Positions 29,159-37,352 of a stretch of DNA of 64,000 bases are shown here, in pieces. The notes under the pieces are model-generated. The model saw only the letters and a list, made by a program, of their open reading frames with translations, did not search any database and was not told the DNA's origin. How positions within the stretch are numbered: the first letter of the stretch is position 1; each line of letters starts with the position of its first letter. The stretch is from a virus. Position numbers and translations under genes: made by a program. The stretch lies in the IMG/VR virus record IMGVR_UViG_3300013830_000222, positions 2,140 through 66,139 of that record; one strand, written 5' to 3'.

Positions 29159-29608
29159 ATGAAGGAGTTCTGGAACATTATTCAAGCGGAGTTTGCTGTC
29201 GTCGGAGGATGGCTTGGCTGGTTTCTCGGAGGGGCGGACGGACTTATGTATGCACTGATTCTATTCGTAGTCTGCGACTATATCACGGGCGTGATGTGCG
29301 GGGCGGCAGATCACAAGCTGTCCTCGCAGATCGGCTTCAAGGGGATCTTTCGAAAAATCGTCATTTTCATCATGGTCGGGATCGGCAATGCCATTGATAT
29401 CCATGTGCTGGGAAAGCCGGGTGTCCTGCGAACAGCAGTCATCTTTTTCTACATCTCGAATGAAGGGCTGTCTCTGGTGGAGAACAGCGTGCACCTGGGG
29501 CTGCCGGTGCCGGAGAGCCTGAAGAGAGTACTGGAAGAGCTGCATGACAGAGACGGCAAGGAGAAGGAAGAGGAGAAGGAGATAAAGGATCATGATGAAG
29601 GGAATTGA
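29159..29608 (+). CDS. phage holin (holin 4_1 / toxin-secretion family)
   Basis: DYITGV, GFKGIFRK, NEGLSLVEN...GLPVP. Confidence 0.92.
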   Translation: MKEFWNIIQAEFAVVGGWLGWFLGGADGLMYALILFVVCDYITGVMCGAADHKLSSQIGFKGIFRKIVIFIMVGIGNAIDIHVLGKPGVLRTAVIFFYISNEGLSLVENSVHLGLPVPESLKRVLEELHDRDGKEKEEEKEIKDHDEGN

Positions 29609-30383
29609 TGTTTCGAAGTGGCAGGGGAAGATCGACTGGCAGAGGGTGGAGGCGTCCGGTATCGAGTTCGCCATCATCCGGGCAGGCTACGGGAACTCTG
29701 CAAATCAGAAGGATTCATTCTTCGAGAGGAACTATCTTGGCGCGAAGACGGCGGGGCTGCATGTCGGCGCTTACTGGTACAGCTATGCCAACAGCTTCCG
29801 GGAAGCTACCCTTGAGGCGAAGGCTTTCCAGAGGGTGATCGCCGGGAAGCAGTTCGACATGCCGGTGTACTTTGACATGGAGGAGAAGGATCAGCTGGAG
29901 GCCGGCAGGGATTTTTGCAGCGGACTGATCCGGACCTTCTGCAGTGAAATGGAGAAGGTGGGATACTTCGCCGGCTTTTACACATCGGCATCCTATGCAA
30001 AGGCGGTGGTATCGCCGGAGATCCTCAGCCGGTATACCTTCTGGTGCGCCCAGTGGGCGAAGAGCTGCAGCTATCAGGGGCGCTGCGGAATCTGGCAGTA
30101 TTCCTCCAAGGGCAGGGTGCCGGGGATCAGCGGGAATGTGGATCTGGATCGGTGCTATCAGGACTTTCCGAAGGTGATCCAGAGCGGAGGGTTTAATGGA
30201 TACCCGAAAGGTACCGGAGCAGGAACGACTGCAGCGGCGCCTTCCAGAAAGTCTGTCGAGGAACTGGCCAGAGAGGTCATTGCCGGGAAGTGGGGCAATG
30301 GCAGGGAAAGACAGCAGAGGCTGATTGCTGCCGGGTATGACTATAAGGCCGTACAGAGAAAAGTGAATGAGATGATGAGGTAA
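29592..30383 (+). CDS. endolysin, GH25 muramidase with CW_7 domain
   Basis: GIDVSKWQG, YFDME, WQYSSKG, VDLD; C-terminal LAREVIAGKWGNG.ER. Confidence 0.93.
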   Translation: MMKGIDVSKWQGKIDWQRVEASGIEFAIIRAGYGNSANQKDSFFERNYLGAKTAGLHVGAYWYSYANSFREATLEAKAFQRVIAGKQFDMPVYFDMEEKDQLEAGRDFCSGLIRTFCSEMEKVGYFAGFYTSASYAKAVVSPEILSRYTFWCAQWAKSCSYQGRCGIWQYSSKGRVPGISGNVDLDRCYQDFPKVIQSGGFNGYPKGTGAGTTAAAPSRKSVEELAREVIAGKWGNGRERQQRLIAAGYDYKAVQRKVNEMMR

Positions 30384-30405
30384 CGGAGCGTTGCATCATC
30401 TGGGA

Positions 30406-30455
30406 AGAAGGGCTATTCATGGCGGAGAGATCTGCGGTGGATAGCCCTTATTTTT
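30406..30455 (+). terminator. terminator after the lysis cassette
   Basis: AAGGGCTATTCAT...GTGGATAGCCCTT followed by ATTTTT. Confidence 0.65.
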
Positions 30456-30465
30456 GTGCTCTGAG

Positions 30466-30499
30466 AGCGGAAAAAATCCGACCGGGGGAACTTTAAGGA
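30466..30499 (+). promoter_or_regulatory. bipartite motif copy 3
   Basis: AGCGGAA-AAAATCCGAC-CGGGGGAACTTTAAGGA upstream of the recombinase operon. Confidence 0.75.
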
Positions 30500-30521
30500 G
30501 TAGGAAAACTACAACCTGGAG

Positions 30522-30767
30522 GTGCCTATGACGGTCGATGAAATGAAGAACGTGGACGTGCGGACGGTCAGCCGTGATGATTTGGTAGATATCAGAGACG
30601 TGCATATAGACAGGACTCTTCCGAAGGAGGAGCGTGTCCGGAGCTTTGTGCAGCAGATCCGGAATCCATACTGCTTCAAATGCGGGAATGTTGTCGTGAA
30701 GACCAGATTTACAGATACGGATGTGACGCTTGAGGAGCGCATGGAGCATTATCTCCGGTCAAAATAA
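30522..30767 (+). CDS. small protein preceding serine recombinases (DUF6870-like; possible directionality factor)
   Basis: LVDIRDV.ID..LP.EER...F..QI.NPYCF. Confidence 0.8.
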   Translation: MPMTVDEMKNVDVRTVSRDDLVDIRDVHIDRTLPKEERVRSFVQQIRNPYCFKCGNVVVKTRFTDTDVTLEERMEHYLRSK

Positions 30768-30888
30768 TTGTGGCCGATGAGGCAGCGTATGATCATGGTA
30801 GAATCAGACCATAGCGAATAAGAATCAGGGCTGTACCGGATGCATTTGTTTTTGCTTGGTCAGATGGTGACTAAGGAGGACAAACAGC

Positions 30889-32520
30889 ATGAATAAAGAG
30901 TACAGCGCCTGCATTTATGCCAGACTGTCCCGTGACGACGGAGACAAGCTGGAAAGTGACAGCATTATCAATCAAAGAGCCCTGATCAGGGACTATCTCA
31001 AAAAGCATCCGGAGATCCATATCGTTTCTGAAAAGACTGATGATGGATTCTCCGGAGTCAATTTCGACAGACCAGCCTTCAAGGAGATGATGGATGAGAT
31101 CCGCTCCGGGAAGGTCAATTGTGTTGTCGTCAAGGATCTTTCCCGTTTTGGAAGAAATTATATCGAGGCTGGCAATTATATCGAGAAGGTGTTCCCGTTT
31201 ATGGGAGTGCGCTTCATCGCCATCAATGACAGCTATGACAGCCTGGACAGGAACCAGGCGGATTCTCTGATTATTCCCTTCAAGAATCTGATCAATGATG
31301 CTTACTGCAAGGACATCTCTGTGAAGATCCGCAGCCAGCTCGAGATCAAGAGGAAGAATGGCGAGTACATTGGCGCCTTTGTCGTATACGGCTATCTGAA
31401 GGATCCGGAGAATAAGAACAAGATTATCGTTGATCCCTTTGCGTCTGAGGTGGTCCGGGCGATCTTCAAATGGAAAATCGAGGGCATGAGCCAGAGCAGG
31501 ATTGCGGACAAGCTGAACGCGCAGGGAGTCCTCTGCCCGCTGGAGTATAAGAAGTCGATTGGCGTGAACTTGAAGAGCAGCTTCCAGGTCAGGAAGAAGG
31601 CCATGTGGTCTCCGGTCTCTGTGGAGCGGATCCTGAAAAATGAAATCTATACAGGGGTCCTGCTGCAGGGGAAGAGGAGCACTCCGAACTATAAGGTCAA
31701 GAAGCTGATGCTGAAGGATGAGTCAGAATGGGTGAGAGCGGAGGATACACATGAAGCCATTATCGACCGCGAGACCTTTGAGAATGTCCAGATCATTCTG
31801 AAGCATGATATCCGGATTGCTCCGCAGGAGGATATGGTCTACCCGCTTTCGGGCTATGTGCGGTGCGGCGATTGCAGACAGAGCATGGTCCGCAAGTCCT
31901 TTGTACATGGAAAGAAGCGCTACAGCTATTTCGTCTGCTCGACACATAAGCGCGGCAAGGGCTGCTCTACACATTCCATTGGCGTGGAAGAGCTGACAGC
32001 AGCAGTTCTCACTGCGACCAGAAGGCATGTGGACACCATCCTTGAGATGGCAAAAACGATTGATTATGTTGAGGCGATTCCTGAGCGTCAGAGAGGCGTC
32101 CTTAATTATGACGCGCAGATCGTCAGGCTTAAGGAGGATATTGAGAAAAACGAGACGTTCAAGCTGAAGCTTTATGAGAACCTGCAGGAGGGTATGATCA
32201 GCCAGGATGAGTATTTTCTCTTCAAGAAAAGCTATGCAGAGAAGATCAAGAAGGCGCAGCAGTCCATAAAGCTCCTGCAGGAGGACCGGGAGCAGATGGT
32301 AAGCAGCAGCCGGGAGAGGCTTTCCTGGATGGATGTCTTTAAGAAGCATGCAAATCTCACGGAGCTGGAGCGAACAGCGGTCGTCGATATGATCGAGTGC
32401 ATCTATGTCTATGAGGACCAGCGAATCGAGGTCGTTTTCAGATACGCAGATGAATGCGAGAAAATCATCAAATTTCTGCAGAATGTTCCTGAAGACGTAA
32501 AAGCCCGGGCAGCAGTGTAA
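30889..32520 (+). CDS. large serine recombinase 1
   Basis: YARLSRDD, DDGFSG..FDRP, KDLSRFGR, C-terminal zinc ribbon and coiled coil. Confidence 0.95.
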   Translation: MNKEYSACIYARLSRDDGDKLESDSIINQRALIRDYLKKHPEIHIVSEKTDDGFSGVNFDRPAFKEMMDEIRSGKVNCVVVKDLSRFGRNYIEAGNYIEKVFPFMGVRFIAINDSYDSLDRNQADSLIIPFKNLINDAYCKDISVKIRSQLEIKRKNGEYIGAFVVYGYLKDPENKNKIIVDPFASEVVRAIFKWKIEGMSQSRIADKLNAQGVLCPLEYKKSIGVNLKSSFQVRKKAMWSPVSVERILKNEIYTGVLLQGKRSTPNYKVKKLMLKDESEWVRAEDTHEAIIDRETFENVQIILKHDIRIAPQEDMVYPLSGYVRCGDCRQSMVRKSFVHGKKRYSYFVCSTHKRGKGCSTHSIGVEELTAAVLTATRRHVDTILEMAKTIDYVEAIPERQRGVLNYDAQIVRLKEDIEKNETFKLKLYENLQEGMISQDEYFLFKKSYAEKIKKAQQSIKLLQEDREQMVSSSRERLSWMDVFKKHANLTELERTAVVDMIECIYVYEDQRIEVVFRYADECEKIIKFLQNVPEDVKARAAV

Positions 32521-32531
32521 GGAGGTGCGCT

Positions 32532-34241
32532 ATGGCAAGAAAGAGCAGAAGGTCTGTAGCCACTGTTGCTGCAGAGAAGAATGATGCCGCTGTCGTTTAT
32601 TATCCGACGGCGATCTATGCCAGGCTTTCTATTGAGAATAGCGGCAAGGACGATGAGGGAGATTCTATCGCAAACCAGATCAGCTTTTGCAGAGATTACC
32701 TGAAGAACGCAAGTGATCTGAGGCTATACGATATTTATGAGGACAACGGCCAGAAGGGAACCCGGTTCGACCGACCGGAATTTCAGCGCCTGATGGATGA
32801 TGTCAGAGCCGGGAAGGTGAAGTGCATTGTAGTCAAGGACCTGTCCCGATTCGGAAGAAATTATCTTGAGGCGGGAGAGTACCTGGAGAAGATTTTTCCC
32901 TTTATGGGAGTCAGATTCATTTCCATCACGGATGGCTACGACAGTCTTCTGTCTAGTGACGCAGAGGGTGCCCTGATGATCCCACTGAAAAACATGATCA
33001 ACGATGTGTACGCCAAGGACATCTCCAGGAAGATCATTACTTCCTTCCGGGCAAGGCAGGAGAAGGGAGAATTCCTCCCGGCCTTCGCTCCGTATGGTTA
33101 CATGAAGTCACAGACACAGCAATATCGCTATGAGCCTGATCCGGTGACGGCTCCGTATGTAAAGCTGATCTTCGAATGGAAGGCAGCAGGCGTCAGCCAC
33201 AGTGAAATCTGTAATCGGCTCAATGACATGGGAGCCATTACGCCTGCCAGACGGAAGGTCGAGCTGGGAATCTGGAAGGCTGAGAAATACAAGCATACGA
33301 TCTGGCACGGCAGAAGCATATTGGATATCCTGCAGAATCCGACCTATACGGGAGCCATTGTCTATGGAAGGATGCCGAAGTCTCTGTATCAGGGGATCAA
33401 GATCCATAGAGGGAAGCCCGAGGAGCTGAGAATCCTCCCGGAGATGCATGAACCGCTTGTAAGCCAAGAACTTTTTGATCAGGTCCAGGCTATTTTTGCG
33501 GAGACGAAGAAGAATGCCAACAGGAAGATGGAGCAGACTGCAGACGTCAGAAGAAGGATCATAAATCTCTTCAAGGGAAAGATCTACTGTGGCGACTGCG
33601 GAAAACGAATGCGGTTTATCAAAGGACAGGGAAAGGATAAGCAATATACCTTCATCTCCTACGCCTGCGGCGGGGATATCGATACCGGGTACCGAAATTG
33701 CAGCAGGCACCACATCAAATATGGAGATGTTTGCGACACTGCACTATCTGTCATCAGGGAGCAGCTGGAGCATGCTCTGAATCAGGAGGAAATGCTTCGT
33801 CGACTGAAGGGAACAAGAAGCGAGCGGAATCTTCTGGACCAGTATAACGGCGATTACAATCATGCGCTTCGGGAGGTTCAGAAGGTGAATGCCCGGCGTG
33901 AAGGACTGTACGAAAGCTTTACGGAAGGCGTTCTTGATGCCGATGAATACAGATACGCCAAGGCTGAATATGAGAGGAAGGCAGAAGAGCTGCAGAAAAA
34001 GCTCGACGCCGCGAAGAAGAAAAGGGATCAGCTGGAGCAGATTCTCTCAGGGAACAGCAACTGGCTTGAGGCTCTTCACAGAGCAGAGAATGCCAGTGAG
34101 CTCGATCAGAGTCTGGTGGACGATCTGATCAGCAGAGTTCTTGTTTATGAGGATGAACGGGTGGAAATCGAGCTGAATTATTCTGATGAAAAGAATGCCT
34201 TTGAAGCCGTTCTGGCAAAACTCTTGAAGGAGGCGGATTGA
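32532..34241 (+). CDS. large serine recombinase 2
   Basis: YARLSIEN, KDLSRFGR, CGDCG. Confidence 0.95.
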   Translation: MARKSRRSVATVAAEKNDAAVVYYPTAIYARLSIENSGKDDEGDSIANQISFCRDYLKNASDLRLYDIYEDNGQKGTRFDRPEFQRLMDDVRAGKVKCIVVKDLSRFGRNYLEAGEYLEKIFPFMGVRFISITDGYDSLLSSDAEGALMIPLKNMINDVYAKDISRKIITSFRARQEKGEFLPAFAPYGYMKSQTQQYRYEPDPVTAPYVKLIFEWKAAGVSHSEICNRLNDMGAITPARRKVELGIWKAEKYKHTIWHGRSILDILQNPTYTGAIVYGRMPKSLYQGIKIHRGKPEELRILPEMHEPLVSQELFDQVQAIFAETKKNANRKMEQTADVRRRIINLFKGKIYCGDCGKRMRFIKGQGKDKQYTFISYACGGDIDTGYRNCSRHHIKYGDVCDTALSVIREQLEHALNQEEMLRRLKGTRSERNLLDQYNGDYNHALREVQKVNARREGLYESFTEGVLDADEYRYAKAEYERKAEELQKKLDAAKKKRDQLEQILSGNSNWLEALHRAENASELDQSLVDDLISRVLVYEDERVEIELNYSDEKNAFEAVLAKLLKEAD

Positions 34242-34242
34242 T

Positions 34243-35859
34243 ATGCGGGAAACTGTGATTGGAAAGTACATTCGCCTCTCTCAGGCTGATCGGGATCTGA
34301 TGAAGAAGAAAAGCAAGACGGAGAGCGAGAGCATTTCTCATCAGAGAGCCTTAATCCAGAACTATATCGAATCTGATCCGGAGCTGAAGGGCTGCCGGCA
34401 GGAGGAATTCTTCGATGACGGGTACAGCGGGACGAATTTTGACAGGCCATCCTTTGAGAGGCTGCTGCAGAAGATCCGCTCTGGCGAGATCAATTGTGTC
34501 ATCGTCAAGGACTTCTCCCGCTTTGGAAGAGATTATATCGAGCTGGGAGATTATCTGGAGAGGATCTTTCCCTTCCTGGGCGTGAGGTTCATTTCTGTCA
34601 ACGATCATTACGACAGCAACGATTACAAGGGTACGACTGGCGGACTGGATGTCGTCATGAAGAACATCGTTTATGACTACTACAGCAAGGACCTGTCCAT
34701 GAAGGTAAAAACAGCCAAGCGATCGAAGATGAAGCGCGGTGAGTACATGGGCGGACACATTCCCTACGGGATCATGAAGGATCCAGACAGGAAGAACAGC
34801 CTGATACCGGATCCGGAGGCGGCGGAGATCGTGAAGGAGATCTTCGGATATGCATTGAAGAAAATGAAGCAGAAGGATATTGTGGATACGCTGAATCAAA
34901 AGGGCTATGAGACTCCGGGAGCCTATTACCGCAGGAAGCATCCGGGATCGAAGAAATTTGCAAACGCTTCAGCTCTCAGCTGTTGGACGATGGACAATGT
35001 CCGAAATATTCTTCAGCAGGAAATGTATTACGGCGCTGTGGTCCAGCACAAGCGAGAAGGCATCGGCATTGGCTGTAAGCATACAAGAGCGATCCCGAAG
35101 GAGGAGCAGCTGATCGTTGAAGGCATGTTTGAGCCGATTGTCAGCAAGGAAACCTTCCTGGATGCTCAGAAGATTTTTCGAAGAGTAACAGGCAGGAAGA
35201 CGGCAGTGCCGTACGTGTATCCTCTGAAGAGTCATGTCAAGTGCGCCGTCTGCGGAAGGCGGCTGCAGTACAGATCGAATGAGATCAAAGGCGTCTATTA
35301 CAATTATTTCTGGTGCCCGCTGTCGAAATACCAGAATGGATCCCAGTGCTTTCCGGGCTATTACAGAGAGGATGACCTGAATAGGATTGTTCTGGAAGGA
35401 ATTCAGAAGCTTCAAGATCTGGCGGGACAGGCAGCGATGAAAACCTCCAGGAGTAAGGCCAATGCTGCAGATGAGAGACTGTCGAAGGCTCGCACGCTGA
35501 GTGACCTGCAGAAGGCACTGGAGCGGTGTGAGAACGATAAGTTTGCCAACGTAGACGCCATGATGTCGGGAGACATCAGCAAGGATCAATATCAGGAGCG
35601 CAGGAAGCTTCTGAATGATCAGGAGGAAGCACTGAAGAAACAGATTGCCGAAGCACAGAAGCGGGATTTTGATCCCAGGATGGAGCAGAGCGAGGAGGCA
35701 GCAGGTGTGATAGAAAAGCTCAGATCCTTCGATGGAGCGCAGGAGCTCACGCCGGAGATGGTGGGTGCACTGGTAAAGGAGGTGCGGGTCACGGATCCGG
35801 AGCACATCGAGATCCGGTGGAACTTCTCGGAAATGGTGATGGAATTCCTTACTGAATGA
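34243..35859 (+). CDS. large serine recombinase 3
   Basis: YIRLSQAD, DDGYSGTNFDRP, KDFSRFGR, CAVCG. Confidence 0.95.
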   Translation: MRETVIGKYIRLSQADRDLMKKKSKTESESISHQRALIQNYIESDPELKGCRQEEFFDDGYSGTNFDRPSFERLLQKIRSGEINCVIVKDFSRFGRDYIELGDYLERIFPFLGVRFISVNDHYDSNDYKGTTGGLDVVMKNIVYDYYSKDLSMKVKTAKRSKMKRGEYMGGHIPYGIMKDPDRKNSLIPDPEAAEIVKEIFGYALKKMKQKDIVDTLNQKGYETPGAYYRRKHPGSKKFANASALSCWTMDNVRNILQQEMYYGAVVQHKREGIGIGCKHTRAIPKEEQLIVEGMFEPIVSKETFLDAQKIFRRVTGRKTAVPYVYPLKSHVKCAVCGRRLQYRSNEIKGVYYNYFWCPLSKYQNGSQCFPGYYREDDLNRIVLEGIQKLQDLAGQAAMKTSRSKANAADERLSKARTLSDLQKALERCENDKFANVDAMMSGDISKDQYQERRKLLNDQEEALKKQIAEAQKRDFDPRMEQSEEAAGVIEKLRSFDGAQELTPEMVGALVKEVRVTDPEHIEIRWNFSEMVMEFLTE

Positions 35860-35870
35860 TGACAAAAATG

Positions 35871-35915
35871 AAAAGACCGGCTATTGCTTTCGGCAAGCAG
35901 TAGCCGGTCTTTTTT
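35871..35915. terminator. bidirectional intrinsic terminator
   Basis: AAAAGACCGGCTATTGCTT-TCGGC-AAGCAGTAGCCGGTCTTTTTT between convergent genes. Confidence 0.85.
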
Positions 35916-35918
35916 CGG

Positions 35919-36125
35919 CTAAGCAGCTTTGTATACGTCATTGTCATCCTCCCGTGCATATGACTCATTTGGATGAGTGACCTTGAGAGCGTAGACCGCT
36001 ACTCCAGAGCAGAAAAATGCAATGGCTGTGATTGCTGCCGGCCAACCTTCGAGACTGACATTGAGCTGAGTGTTTTTAATGAGGGTAGGGATGGTATCGA
36101 CTATCTGAGTGAGTTTGTTTTCCAT
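35919..36125 (-). CDS. small membrane protein divergent from the WYL gene
   Basis: 68 aa, AAAGGAGG RBS, one hydrophobic helix. Confidence 0.7.
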   Translation of the reverse strand: MENKLTQIVDTIPTLIKNTQLNVSLEGWPAAITAIAFFCSGVAVYALKVTHPNESYAREDDNDVYKAA

Positions 36126-36320
36126 GCTGGAAACCTCCTTTGTGGTGTTTGTCGTTTGTGCGGTACACTTTTTATGCTCTTATTGTAATTCTGGAAAAAT
36201 TAAATAGATAGAATCAGATTTAAAAATTTCACGACCCCTTAAATTTCAATAAATTACGTGATATATTAGAAAAAAGCAATTGTTTTGCGACCCCAAAACG
36301 GGGCTGTAGGAGACGCCACA

Positions 36321-37340
36321 TTGGAAAAGATAAATGTTTATGTACCGGAAAATATAGGGGCAATGCTTGAAAACGATGCCATGATGTTCGAGGTCTATAA
36401 AAAAGATGGCAGGACTGTTAATAGAAACAAATTCCTTGGCATGCTTATTAACGGGTATTATGCGGATTATGTGACGGAGGCAAGAACGGCATATGATAGG
36501 ATCCTTTCGACGATAAATACAGATAAGCTTAGTCCCAAAGAAAAAGAACATATTGCAAATAATATACTGAAGGCAGTTGTGCTTCCAGTTGTTCCATCAC
36601 GTAAAGGGAAGAATCCAACAAAGCTTTCAGTGAAACCTACTAAGGATACGGAAGCATTGATTGAACAGATTCTTTTGAATCTTGGCGGAGATGATTATAT
36701 TTCACAGTATTTCTGCCGCATGTTCATGAGCTATTGTGAAAAGCCTTTCAGTAAGAGAGAACAGATTGTATTTAAGAGTACTTTTGTAGAATTGCAACTA
36801 GCATGTGATGCTAAGAGAAGCATTACCTTTAAGACAATATGGAATACAAAAAAAATCCACGAAGTGATTCCATATAGAGTTGTGACCGGAACAGAAGAGA
36901 TGTTTAATTATCTCCTCTGCGCAGAACTAAACGAAACAACTGGAAATCAGGAAGCAAAAACATATCGATTGAATCGTATTGACAAGTTGAACTATGGGAG
37001 GAGCATGGCCTCAATTGACAATACTGTGCGAACACACTTGGATATGATGGTTCAGTATGGTCCACAGTATATGATTAATGATGAGGAAGAAACTTGTGTA
37101 AGGCTTACAGCTTCAGGACAGAGAAATTTCAGCCGAATATATTATGGCAGACCTGTGCTTGATAGAGTTGAAGAAAGAGAAGACGGACACTATTACTATT
37201 TTAAGGGTTCTAAAGATCAGGTATTTTTCTACTTCAGACGCTTTGGATATGATGATGCTGAAATTATTACGCCGGAGTCACTCAGAACAAAGATGATAGA
37301 ATTTCATTCGCGTGCTTGTGAAATGTACAAGAGGAAGTAA
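36321..37340 (+). CDS. WYL-domain protein (WYL1 / Cas13d-accessory-like architecture)
   Basis: IPYRVV...MFNYLLC, YRLNRI, LT..G...F..IYYGRP, YFRRFG.DAEII.PESLR. TTG start with AGGAG RBS. Confidence 0.85.
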   Translation: MEKINVYVPENIGAMLENDAMMFEVYKKDGRTVNRNKFLGMLINGYYADYVTEARTAYDRILSTINTDKLSPKEKEHIANNILKAVVLPVVPSRKGKNPTKLSVKPTKDTEALIEQILLNLGGDDYISQYFCRMFMSYCEKPFSKREQIVFKSTFVELQLACDAKRSITFKTIWNTKKIHEVIPYRVVTGTEEMFNYLLCAELNETTGNQEAKTYRLNRIDKLNYGRSMASIDNTVRTHLDMMVQYGPQYMINDEEETCVRLTASGQRNFSRIYYGRPVLDRVEEREDGHYYYFKGSKDQVFFYFRRFGYDDAEIITPESLRTKMIEFHSRACEMYKRK

Positions 37341-37352
37341 AGGGTTATTACT

